DNA of 64,000 bases from Macrostomum lignano (Eukaryota). Location: contig NIVC01002866.1 in the NCBI GenBank assembly GCA_002269645.1, positions 70,123 through 134,122 on the forward strand, in the 5' to 3' direction. Positions 12,342-31,732 of this stretch are shown here, in pieces. Below the pieces are notes generated by a model. That model was not told the DNA's origin. It ran no database searches and worked only from the letters and a program-made list of their open reading frames with translations. Every line of letters starts with the position of its first letter. Position 1 is the stretch's first letter. The position numbers and the translations under genes were made by a program.

Positions 12342-13239
12342 AATTTGATGAAATAAGAGTTCAGAGGCCTGTAGCTTATAATGCCCCCTTAATTATGCAT
12401 GCGCTTTTTGAAATTCCAGGTGAGAAAAGCGCCCATGCAAGAAACCGAAAATGTTTTTTCCTGAGTAGTCGCGAATTTGGGCTTTCAAAAAGGGAATTTT
12501 GAAATTAATTTTGACCTCATCAATTTGGTATATGCGCTTCGGCTAAAAGACAACTGGGGGACAAGTTTAAATATCGAGTCGTTCTAGAAGCGTCCCATTG
12601 TCTCTACTCGTATAAGTAGGCTCGAAACCGAATTCAATTGTCTGCTGACTTCTGCAACATCTCGGATGCGCGACTCTGGGACGCTTCTTAATCCTGGTTT
12701 ATGTTTTTGCTGAAGGATAACAGGTGCTCCAATTTTTATAGAATATTTTCTGCTCGAATCTCAGCCTCCCGTTCTCTTCATCAACCGCCCCTTGCGCCGT
12801 GATCCTTCTCGATTTTATCCTAACTGCATTCTAAAAATATTATCATACATGCTTTAGCTCCTTAATGTAGCCTTTTAAATTCCCACGGTTAAGCTGTTCG
12901 CTATATAATATATTGATTTGAAATTGAATTCATTTTGTTTGTCTGCTGTACGCCAGAAAGATTCCGAAGACGCACTTAACTGTTCTTTTTAACCTGTATC
13001 ACATGTCAGCTCGTAATGATACATTGCTTATTGAAGTATATCATTAATAATAATTAATCTTATCAAAACGTTTATTCTGTACGTCTGGGTAAAAATTGTT
13101 TTCAAACGAACTTCATTCAAAGTTTGCGAGTTCACTGCACATTTCACTAGAAAGTAACGAAATGAACTCAAAATATGACGGGAATACGACTGAATGTAAA
13201 TAATACTCAAGTCTGCGATATTCACATCACTCTCTCTCT

Positions 13240-13555
13240 CAGACACTAGATCAGCCACAGCATTCAGACTGCCACTCTCAGACACTCAGCCACAGCATTC
13301 AGACTGCCACTCTCAGACACTCAGCCACAGCATTCAGACTGCCACTCTCAGACACTCAGCCACAGCATTCAGACTGTCACTCTCAGACACTCAGCCACAG
13401 CATTCAGACTGCCACTCTCAGACACTCAGCCACAGCATTCAGACTGTCACTCTCAGACACTCAGCCACAGCATTCAGACTGTCACTCTCAGATACTCAGC
13501 CACAGCATTCAGACTGCCACTCTCAGACACTCAGCCACAGCATTCAGACTGCCAC
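13240..13555. repeat. 35-bp minisatellite cagactgccactctcagacactcagccacagcatt
   Basis: Direct inspection; abuts the arrestin stop codon. Confidence 0.93.
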
Positions 13556-13580
13556 CGGCCACTGTCTCCATCTGAGCACG

Positions 13581-16500
13581 TCAAGCGAACACCCCCGTCG
13601 CGTCCTCCTCCCTCAGCCGCTGCAGCAGGCTCTCCTCATAGCTTGGCGGAGCACTTGGCTCAGCCGCAGACGACGCAGCGGCTCCGGCGCTCTGGCGCCG
13701 CTCCGATCGAATCATCGCCGGCGGCGGAGCCGACGGTCTCGGCGGCGGCTCGCGGCGATTCGTCTCGGCGGAAGCGGCAGTTCCAGCCGGCGAAACCAGT
13801 TGGTTAGTGCCGATGACAATTGGCTCTTCTAGTAGCACCATCGACTGCTCAGGCTTGTCCAGCTTCTGTCCCGTTAGGAGAGTCTGGACAACGGGTTCGA
13901 GGCTCGCCACTGGGTGCAGGTCCGGCGTCACAGAGCATATGACCTGAAAGCGTTGCAGGCAGGACATTGCTTTTGAGAGAGCGAAATTTGAGCGAAATTT
14001 TTTAGCTCGTAGGGATCGCTGATTGGCTGGGATCGCTGATTGGCTGGGATCGCTGATTGGCTGGGATCGCTGATTGGCTGGGATCGCTGATTGGCTGGGA
14101 TCGCTGATTGGCTGGGATCGCTGATTGGCTGGGATCGCTGATTGGCTGGGATCGCTGATTGGCTGGGATCGCTGATTGGCTGGGATCGCTGATTGGCTGG
14201 GATTACTGATATGACGTAGATATTATTTATAATTGCATATGCAGTTTGTCGCGTTTTGTTTTATCTATGGACTAAATGAAGCTGCAAAACAGGCTTGGGT
14301 TAAAAGCCCGCTGTGAGAACTGTGAAATAAAAAAGAAATAAGAGCAAGACTAAGAACCTTGGAGCAGCGTAAAAGTCTGCTATGATATCAGCACTAATAA
14401 TTAACGCCTTAAGCATATTGAAGTAACCTGAAAACATAACAATTACTGATTGGCTAGGATCGCTGATTGGCTGGGATCGCTGATTGGCTGGGATCGCTGA
14501 TTGGCTGGGATTTCTGATTCGTTGGTATCGCTGATCGCTGATCGCTGATAGAATGCAGTCATATTTGCGAAGGGCGGCTGCCTAAAACCATATTTGTTCT
14601 GTGTAGCTTATATAAGAATTTTCGTTCCCACGCGTATGCTCGTGTTTAAAATAAAAAGACAGACAGTGAAGGCGTTCGCTTCACTTTTCTCTCGCCCGCT
14701 TCTGCGGGCCCAAAGGCATGGCCATTGCCTCGGCTGGGCTGTAGAACCGCAGCAGCCTGGGCCCAGAAATACCGTGCTTCGAATTCAATTCTTTGCTATC
14801 CGACGTGAGCAGAAGGTACAGGCAGGACGCAAAATCCTACCTGTTAAAGTTGAGATCGCTGATTGGTTGGGATCGTTGATTGGTTGGGATCACTGATTGG
14901 TTGGGATCGTTGATTGGTTGGATCGCTGATTAGTTGAGATCGACGATTGGTTGGATCGCTGATTGGTTGGGATCGCTGATTGGCTGGGATCGCTGATTGG
15001 CTGGGACCGCTGATTGGCTGGGATCGCTGATTGGTCAAAATCGCTGATTGGTTGGGAATCACCTGATACATCTAATATTCCCAGGAGGGCTTTGGGCACC
15101 CTGTCGAACAACCAGCAATCCAATGCAATTCTGCCCAGGGGTCGTTGGCGCGAGCGTCAGACATCACCTGAATCCAATAGCTAATTCTCAGCAGACGGCA
15201 GCTGCCAGGCACAGGCGCGGTGGCCACCCACGGCACAGTCAGCTGGACGGCGTCCTCCAGCAGCGAGGCGCCCGGCTTCAGCCGCTCCTGCAGCCGGCAA
15301 ATCTGCACAGCCGTCCGATGCTCCTTCCGAGCGGCTGGGCCGCCTCCCTCCGCCGCTGCCGCCCGCATCACTGCCTTCTGCGTGAGGCTGATCCGCACCG
15401 AGTCCAGCCTCAGCTTGGTGTTGTTCCGCACCTCCACCTCGAGGCTCATTGACTCGCCAATAGCGAAGCCGCGCTTGTGCGCCAGCAGGCGGACCGTGGC
15501 GAGGCCCAGGCCGTCCAGGCGCTGGCGCTGCTCAGGGACTGAAGCCGCGCCTCTGCGAGGTGGACATGCCCTAGTCATCAGTTCTTTGGTTTCCCTAGTC
15601 CCTCTTCCCTAGTCCCTTTTTCCTAGTCCCTCTTCTCTCGTCCCTTCTCCCTCGTCTCTTTTCCCTCAGTCTCTTTTCCCTAGTCCCTTTTCCCTAGTCC
15701 CTTTTCCCTAGTCCCTTTTCCCTAGTCCTTCTTCCCTAGTCTCTTTTCCCTGGTCCCTCTTCCCTAGTCCCTTTTCCCTAGTCCATCTTCCCTAGTCCCT
15801 TTTCCCTAGTCCATCTTCCCTAGTCCCTTTTCCCTAGTCCCTTTTCCCTAGTCCCTTTTCCCTAGTCCTTTTTCCTAAGTCTCTTCTCCCTCGTCTCTTT
15901 CCTCCCTAGTCTCTTTTCCCTCGTCTCTTTCCTCCCTAGTCTCTTTTCCCTAGTCCCTCTTCCCTAGTCTCTCCTCCCTGTCCCTTTTCCCTCGTCTCTT
16001 TTCCCTAGTCCTTTTCCCTAGTCCTTTTCCCTAGTCCCTTTTCCCTAGTCCCTTTTCTCTAGTCCCTCTTCCCTAGCCCTTTTCCCTAGTCCTTTTTCCC
16101 TAGTCTATTTTCCCTAGTACCTCTTCCCTATTCTCTTTTCCCTCGTCTCTTTTCCCTCGTCCCTCTCACTAGTCTCTTTTCCCTAGTCCCTTTTCCCTAG
16201 TCCTTCTTCCCTAGTCTCTTTTCCCTCGTCTCTTTTCCCTCGTCCCTCCTCCCTAGTCTCTTTTCCCTAGTCCCTTTTCCCTAGACCCTCTTCCCTAATC
16301 CCTTTTCCCTAGTCCCTTTTCCCTAGTCCCTTTTCCCTAGTCCCTCTTCCCTAGTCCCTTTTCCCTAGTCCCTTTTCCTTAGTCCTTCTTCCCTAGTCTC
16401 TTTTCCCTCGTCTCTTTTCCTTCGTTCCTCCTCCCTAGTCTCTTTTCCCTAGTCTTTTTTTCCTAGACCCTCTTCCCTAATCCCTTTTCCCTAGTCCCTC

Positions 16501-17805
16501 TTCCCTAGTCCCTTTTCCCTAGACCCTCTTCCCTAATCCCTTTTCCCTAGTCCCTCTTCCCTAGTCCCTTTTCCCTAGTCCTTCTTCCCTAGTCCCTCTT
16601 CCCTAGTCCCTCTTCCCTAGTCCCTTTTCCCTAGTCCCTCTTCCCTAGTCCCTTTTCCCTAGTCCCTCTTCCCTAGTCCCTCTTCCCTAGTCCCTCTTCC
16701 CTAGTCCCTCTTCCCTAGTCCCTCTTCCCTAGTCCCTCTTCCCTAGTCCCTCTTCCCTAGTCCCTCTTCCCTCACAAGTATTTGCGATCAAATAAGCATC
16801 AATCTCACCTGCTCGTGGACTGCTGCCAGTGGCCCCAGACCTCAATCGGCTGCCATAGTTGGCCCCCATCGCCGCCGCCTGGCTGCAGATTCAAGTCCAC
16901 CCGGCCAATAACAGTGACTGGCAGGCTGAGGCAGCTCGCTTTGCCAGGGTTGCCCCTGTCAGCCAGGGCTGTCAAACTGTAATTAATTATTGATCCGTGC
17001 GAGCTTGGCAGTCTATCTGGCAGATGCAGCTCGAATGGCAGTTTGTACAATCTACCTTTGGTTAGGGAGCCTCTGTCTAATAGCACCTGACTGTGGCTTA
17101 GGTAGGTCTGGCTGTCGCGGTAGATGGTCGATGAAGCTGCCGACTTTGCCTGCCATCATGGGATTTTGCAATCGGGATTTCAGTTATGCATCAGCTTCAG
17201 ATTTTTGCTAGCAATTTTCTACTCAATATCATTTTATATCATGCTTCTTCTTTTGCTCTCGTGCTCTTTTGCTTTATGTCATGTCAATCTCATGCTCTAC
17301 TGTACATCATAATTCATCTCATCCTCTACGTCATGCTTCATCTCATGCTCTTTATCATGCTTCATCTCATGCAGTATATCATGCTTCATCTCATGCTCTA
17401 CATCATGCTTCATCTCATGCTCTACATCATGCTTCATCTCATGCTCTACATCATGCTTCATCTCATGCTCTATATGCTCTATTATGCTTCATCTCATGCT
17501 CTACTATATCTATCCCATCTCACTGCTCAATCTCAATTTTCATTCACAGGTACACGTATCTTCTAGTCTCTATCTGTAAAAAGGGAATTCCCAAGAAAGC
17601 AACGGACTAATACCTGTGCAGCCTGAGTAGCTGTACCCGAGGCGTCAATTTCCACTCGTCCGCCTCCATACAGGTGCACAACAATTCGAGCAAATGATAA
17701 GTCCTTCTTCGTTTTGAGCAATAAATCACCTTTTAGAGCGTCCCCAGACAGGTGGGGCCCGTCCTTGGCCAGCTGGATATCGAAAGTGTCAAACTGGTTG
17801 CTCAT
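13581..17805 (-). CDS. ARRDC: Alpha-arrestin / arrestin domain-containing protein, ~411 aa
   Basis: Exons 17805-17614, 17086-16809, 15570-15168 and 13943-13581 join in frame. Arrestin_N motifs GDALKGDLLL and YKLPFELHLPDRLPSS; Arrestin_C motifs KRGFAIGESMSLEVEVRNNT and CRLLRISYWIQV; C-terminal PPSY (PPxY). Confidence 0.88.
14012..15060. repeat. Three clusters of the 17-bp repeat gggatcgctgattggct (14012-14195, 14445-14545, 14855-15060)
   Basis: Direct inspection; all in arrestin intron 3. Confidence 0.92.
15590..16772. repeat. 13-15-bp minisatellite ttccctagtccct in arrestin intron 2
   Basis: Direct inspection. Confidence 0.95.
17290..17500. repeat. 24-bp repeat tcatctcatgctctacatcatgct
   Basis: Direct inspection. 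Confidence 0.85.
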
Positions 17806-19438
17806 TGTTTAATTGCTGCTTGTGTTTATCCTGTTCTGTATACGGCAACGCCTTTCTTCTATGAGTTCTTCTTTTTGAAGAAGTGGCTAAATGGCCTCTT
17901 GAATATCTGTGCGCGTAACTGCGCGTCTGATTAAAATTCTGTTTGCTTATGAACCTGATAAGGGATATGGACAGAATACGGCAAACGATTATTATAATGT
18001 TGATTCAGTATACATGTGCATACTCGTATGTTTGTACATTACTCCTATCTGTTATAGGGTTTAGAGTGTACGCACACTAACTGTACACACACTTTAACAT
18101 GCACGTTGCAGTTTACTAAAGTTTGACTAACACTCTTCACTTCTCTTAAGTGGCGAATGAGAGATTAAATAGAAAACTTTATTGCCCTGAAACAGTATCA
18201 TTATTGATTTTATACAAGTACAGAGTACATGCAAATGAAAAACTGCTAACCTGGTCTACCTATTCTACTCACAGTAGAGTAAAATAAATATATCGTATCT
18301 TATTCTCTATATTTTTTTATGCATCCACTATTTAGATAGATTTGCAATTTAAAAATGGCATGACTCATAGTGTCATCGGAGCGTGGAACAGATGAAGGGC
18401 ATTTTTAGGATCGATTAATATCAAGGGGCGCAACCAAGCCATGAGCGGTGGAGGGGAAGGGGGCCCCTGTGAAAAATTGTAAGGAAAAATTTTCGGGCAG
18501 ACTGCGGAGCTGGGTAACGCCAGACCCTGAACAGAATTTTCTGGCAAAAGCTTGCGACAGGCGACAGTGAGTGAGTGGGTGCGCAACTGCTGAATTATTT
18601 AACAGATATCGCACCAGAAATACTGTGCGCTGGGGGTAAGCAGATGATACTTAATGCATAGTAATTTACTCTTAAATAGACTTAACTCCCTCCACTTCAT
18701 TCGAAGCAGTATAGCAAGTACGACAAGCTTCGAACTTTGTCTTTAAAAAGACAACAGGCGTTACTCAATTCTGAGAGTGAGGCGCTATTTATGGGAATTG
18801 CTAATTAACCCCCACCCTCGGTCCCTGGATTGCTGCCTGAAGGTGGTGCTGTTGCCCTAAAAATAATAGAAAATGTTTTACTACACGCCAGCCGGCTCAA
18901 GTACCCCCGGCCCCCACCATTCGGCCTCCATCGTAAGCAACTGCTGAGCAAGCGGGGCTCCATGGTCATTTTCTGCAAAGAAAGCAAGAATTTGACGCGA
19001 CGAGAGAAAACGTTAAAAAAACCCACCCTTCTTAAGCTTGTCTAGTAGGCAGCGAGGAGGCCAAAGTCCGGGGCCCCTGCCCAAGCTGTCACCCCACCAT
19101 ACGCAGCACGTACTCAATACATGCATCATACAATACAAACTTTCTTCTCTTACCTACCTTAAAAGTTAAACAACTTTTATGTTCTCTCTATTAAAAATAG
19201 AAATCTCGGTCGTCTGGGCCAGGGGCGGTGACGCACGAATTCCACCACCACTGCCAGCCACCTCTATTTACAGCGCCCGCGTCGCACCCTTGGAAGCCCT
19301 GGACCCAGGCGGCGCCTTGTTTTGTACGGAATTCAAACCGCCGCCCACACACGCGGGTCGAGCGCACCCTCCCTCCTATCTGGGGCTGGAACGCACTGGA
19401 GGGTTCTGGGGCTTGCGTTTGGAGCTAATTGCACTAGC

Positions 19439-19653
19439 GGGGGCTGGGGCTGGGGTGGTTGGGGGCCGTGGCCTTTGATTGGCCTGGCCGGGGTTTGAGC
19501 GTGAAAGGCATGGAAAAGCTTGGGGGCGGGGGAAGTATGTGGCCGGCCATTCTCTGTTCACTTTACCCTGGAGGGAGGGGGGAAAGATAGAGAGGAGAAG
19601 AGTAAGGAGGGACAAACGAAAGGGGCCACTGGCTGGGGCTTCTGTTATAAATA
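19439..19653 (+). promoter_or_regulatory. Putative promoter of the klu-like gene
   Basis: Four G-runs at 19439-19465 (G-quadruplex pattern), ATTGG at ~19478 and TATAAATA at 19646-19653, about 230 bp upstream of the ATG at 19883. Confidence 0.4.
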
Positions 19654-19882
19654 CAACTTATCAAAGTAAAAAGTACCAAGCACACTTGGGCACCGACCCG
19701 GGAGGAAAATAGGAAGGGATTAAATACGCTCATCGCTACAAGCTGTGATAGCAAGCAAATAGCATCGACCCGACCGACGATTCTGCCTGATCTGATCTGT
19801 CCAGTTTTAAAGCGTAACACGCTGTACTTATTTTCTCGTTGAACAGATTGGTATTGTGCTGATAAGTCCAGAACAAGTTGAA

Positions 19883-27069
<7,187 letters not shown>

Positions 27070-27733
27070 GCTCTTGAAGCTCGCCACGGCAACAATAACT
27101 GTGTAGCTTTGTTAACAAAGTTGCACACTTTCTTTAATTTTTTAAACAGAGCAAAATTTGATTTCTTAACTGAACTATCAAATGTTTAAAACTTCGTTAA
27201 CTGTTCCTCATTCGATTCGAATAGGCGAGAAATTCCATTATTTTTGTACAGCCAGTCAAAGTTAAAGAGGGCGCCTACCCGATATATATGATTAATGCAG
27301 TGCCATTCTCGTGTATTTTTCTAGACAATGTTTTTTCCTTGCCAATTACGAGAGCATAGGCTAACTGTCTCTGGTGATGCCGTTGGCATATTCTATGTTT
27401 ATATGCATATTACTTCCCCGGGCCACAATCCATCCCATGCATCCGCTCTTTATGCCCCTCCTTTTCAAACCCGAAAGCAGCCAGTTGCATACACAAACAG
27501 ATGTCCCGTGTTCTATAATTGTTCTATGTATTTTAGTTTGTTATTATTCTATCGATTGTTCCTTTAGTTATTACTGTTTCATTTGAAACCCAATGAATTT
27601 AATTGTTTGCGTGAAAAATAATTCATGAAAATGTACAATACATGAGCTCTAAGCATTGGCGCCATTTTCATTTCCGAGTTTCTATTGGCTGCCTTGCCAG
27701 ATTATATCAAATCTCAGATTGCTCTCTTCGGCC

Positions 27734-28900
27734 GCTTCCAGAGTGAGAAGTCATGGGAATACATGTAGCTTCCAGAGTGAGAAGTCATGGGAATACATGT
27801 AGCTCCAGAGTGAGAAGTCATGGGAATACATGTAGCTTCCAGAGTGAGAAGTCATGGGAATACATGTAGCTTCCAGAGTGAGAAGTCATGGGAATACATG
27901 TAGCTTCCAGAGTGAGAAGTCATGGGAATACATGTAGCTTCCAGAGTGAGAAGTCATGGGAATACATGTAGCTTCCAGAGTGAGAAGTCATGGGAATACA
28001 TGTAGCTTCCAGAGTGAGAAGCCATGGGAATACATGTAGCTTCCAGAGTGAGAAGTCATGGGAATACATGTAGCTTCCAGAGTGAGAAGTCATGGGAATA
28101 CATGTAGCTTCCAGAGTGAGAAGTCATGGGAATACATGTAGCTTCCAGAGTGAGAAGTCATGGGAATACATGTAGCTTCCAGAGTGAGAAGTCATGGGAA
28201 TACATGTAGCTTCCAGAGTGAGAAGTCATGGGAATACATGTAGCTTCCAGAGTGAGAAGTCATGGGAATACATGTAGCTTCCAGAGTGAGAAGTCATGGG
28301 AATACATGTAGCTTCAGAGTGAGAAGTCATGGGAATACATGTAGCTTCCAGAGTGAGAAGTCATGGGAATACATGTAGCTTTCAGAGTGAGAAGTCATGG
28401 GAATACATGTAGCTTCAGAGTGAGAAGTCATGGGAATACATGTAGCTTCCAGAGTAAGAAGTCATGGGAATACATGTAGCTTCCAGAGTGAGAAGTCATG
28501 GGAATACATGTAGCTTCCAGAGTAAGAAGTCATGGGAATACATGTAGCTCCAGAGTGAGAAGTCATGTGAATACATGTAGCTTCCAGAGTGAGAAGTCAT
28601 GGGAATACATGTAGCTTCCAAAGTGAGAAGTCATGGGAATACATGTAGCTTCCAGAGTAAGAAGTCATGGGAATACATGTAGCTTCCAGAGTGAGAAGTC
28701 ATGGGAATACATGTAGCTTCCAGAGTAAGAAGTCATGGGAATACATGTAGCTCCAGAGTGAGAAGTCATGTGAATACATGTAGCTTCCAGAGTGAGAAGT
28801 CATGGGAATACATGCAGCTTCCAGAGTGAGAAGTCATGTGAATACATGTAGCTTCCAGAGTGAGAAGTCATGTGAATACATGTAGCTTCCAGAGTGAGAA
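27734..28900. repeat. 34-bp minisatellite cttccagagtgagaagtcatgggaatacatgtag, ~34 copies
   Basis: Near-identical head-to-tail units with no spacers. Confidence 0.97.
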
Positions 28901-29610
28901 GCCATTAGGTAAGAATCACTTCCAGAGTGATAAACCATTAGGTAGGAATCACTTCCAGAGTGATAAACCATTAGGTAGGAATCACTTCCAAAGCCATTGT
29001 AATCGCGCTTTAGCAGATGTGTAAAAAGCTGTTGGATGAAAGCACAAATTTAATGAAGCAAAAGAAAATAAGCAAAGCAATACTACTTCAAGTAGCATTG
29101 AAGGCAAGCATCGAATCCAATTTAAAATTTGAGAAACGGAAAACTCATCCAGAGACATATTGTGTAGGCACAGTTTGTTCTTAAAATTTTATTCAATTTT
29201 TTACTTCATAATTAATACCAATCTAGAAAGGTGCAAAATTACAAACGATAATAATAATAATAATAACAATAATAATACGTTGATTGAAAAAGTTGATATG
29301 ATTTACAGAAAAAGATTTTTCTAATGTAATGTACACACTGATCAGTTTTACACGTCAGTAACTATATAGTGCTTGAATATTTTGGCGCAGAAGTAGTTAA
29401 TTAAATTGGGGCATCGCAGTAAACAGTTGTAAATATTGTATATAGTGACGAATACAAACCAGCTATATTGCTCAGTGCTGTTCAACAACGCACAAGGCAG
29501 ACTACAGAGTGGAGAGAAATCGGCTGATTTATAAAGCTTGCAACATGCACAATCACATGTACATAGTGAATCATATCTGCGATGCATAACATTAGTACAA
29601 ATCGAGACAG

Positions 29611-31150
29611 AACTTCAGATCCTCAGGGCTCCTACCTCAGATCTTTCAGGACTCTGAACTTCAGGTCCTCAGGGCTCCTACCTCAGATCTTCCAGGACTC
29701 TGAACTTCAGGTCCTCAGGGCTCCCACCTCAGATCTTCCAGGACTCTGAACTTCAGGTTCTCAGGGCTCCTACCTCAGATCTTCCAGGACTCTGAACTTC
29801 AGATCCTCAGGGCTCCCACCTCAGATCTTCCAGGACTCTGAACTTCAGGTCCTCAGGGCTCCCACCTCAGATCTTTCAGGACTCTGAACTTCAGATTCTC
29901 AGGGCTCCTACCTCAGATCTTCCAGGACTCTGAACTTCAGATCCTCAGGGCTCCCACCTCAGATCTTCCAGGACTCTGAACTTCAGATCCTCAGGGCTCC
30001 CACCTCAGATCTTTCAGGACTCTAAACTTCAGGTTCTCAGGGCTCCCACCTCAGATCTTCCAGGACTCTGAACTTCAGGTCCTCAGGGCTCCCACCTCAG
30101 ATCTTTCAGGACTCTGAACTTCAGGTTCTCAGGGCTCCCACCTTAGATCTTTCAGGACTCTGAACTTCCGATCCTCAGGGCTCCCACCTCAGATCTTTCA
30201 GGACTCTGAACTTCAGATCCTCAGGGCTCCCACCTCAGATCTTTCAGGACTCTGAACTTCAGGTCCTCAGGGCTCCCACCTCAGATCTTTCAGGACTCTG
30301 AACTTCAGATTCTCAGGGCTCCCACCTCAGATCTTTCAGGACTCTGAACTTCAGATCCTCAGGGCTCCCACCTCAGATCTTCCAGGACTCTGAACTTCAG
30401 ATCCTCAGGGCTCCCACCTCAGATCTTTCAGGACTCTGAACTTCAGGTTCTCAGGGCTCCCACCTCAGATCTTTCAGGACTCTGAACTTCAGGTTCTCAG
30501 GGCTCCTACCTCAGATCTTTCAGGACTCTGAACTTCAGATCCTCAGGGCTCCCACCTCAGATCTTTCAGGACTCTGAACTTCAGATCCTCAGGGCTCCCA
30601 CCTCAGATCTTTCAGGACTCTGAACTTCAGGTCCTCAGGGCTCCCACCTCAGATCTTTCAGGACTCTGAACTTCAGGTTCTCAGGGCTCCCACCTCAGAT
30701 CTTCCAGGACTCTGAACTTCAGGTCCTCAGGGCTCCCACCTCAGATCTTCCAGGACTCTGAACTTCAGGTTCTCAGGGCTCCTACCTCAGATCTTCCAGG
30801 ACTCTGAACTTCAGGTTCTCAGGGCTCCCACCTCAGATCTTTCAGGACTCTGAACTTCAGGTCCTCAGGGCTCCCACCTCAGATCTTTCAGGACTCTGAA
30901 CTTCAGATTCTCAGGGCTCCTACCTCAGATCTTCCAGGACTCTGAACTTCAGATCCTCAGGGCTCCCACCTCAGATCTTCCAGGACTCTGAACTTCAGAT
31001 CCTCAGGGCTCCCACCTCAGATCTTTCAGGACTCTAAACTTCAGGTTCTCAGGGCTCCCACCTCAGATCTTCCAGGACTCTGAACTTCAGGTCCTCAGGG
31101 CTCCTACCTCAGATCTTTCAGGACTCTGAACTTCAGATTCTCAGGGCTCT
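29611..31150. repeat. 46-bp minisatellite aacttcagatcctcagggctcccacctcagatctttcaggactctg, ~33 copies
   Basis: Period of 46 measured at 29611 and 29657. Confidence 0.97.
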
Positions 31151-31732
31151 CATCTCAAATTATCAGAAATCTGAAATTCAGAACTTCAGGATTCGCCCCC
31201 CTGGGATTTTCAAGGCTCCCACTTCGCATCTTGAAGGTAATGAAGCCAGACTTGAAGTTTCCCACATTTAGACCTTCAGTTCCTAGTAGCACTCGTGGAA
31301 TGAATCACAAAGTGATTAAAAAGGCTTAATTAATTAATAACACGTCAATAAACAATAGAAAATTATTAGAAAAACACCATAGTTAACTATTACGCGAGCG
31401 CTTGCCTGTGTGCTGCGATTGAATACAGCGTGTGGCCTTGTTTGAAAAAAATAATTTTCTGAATATTACACTAAAGTGAAAGCGGGTATAAACCATGTTT
31501 TCTTTTTAAACCTGGATTTAGTAATTAACAGAGCGAGAATGAGAAAACAGGTAAATTGTAACCTGTACACATTCTGCACAAGCAATTTAGAAAGCGAATC
31601 AATCATTTTCGATGTTCAACATTTACTGCCGTTTTTGCAGGCAGAACAGATGGATCTGCCAGCAGGGATATGGAAGATAAGGGGGGTTAGTTGAAGGGCA
31701 AGGAACATTAGAGGCTATGCACCCTTGGGCGA

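Noticed and set aside
27734-28900. CRISPR-like look of the 34-bp repeats (also the 33-, 41- and 46-bp arrays)
   Set aside because: Units are head-to-tail with no unique spacers, there are no cas genes, and the context is eukaryotic.
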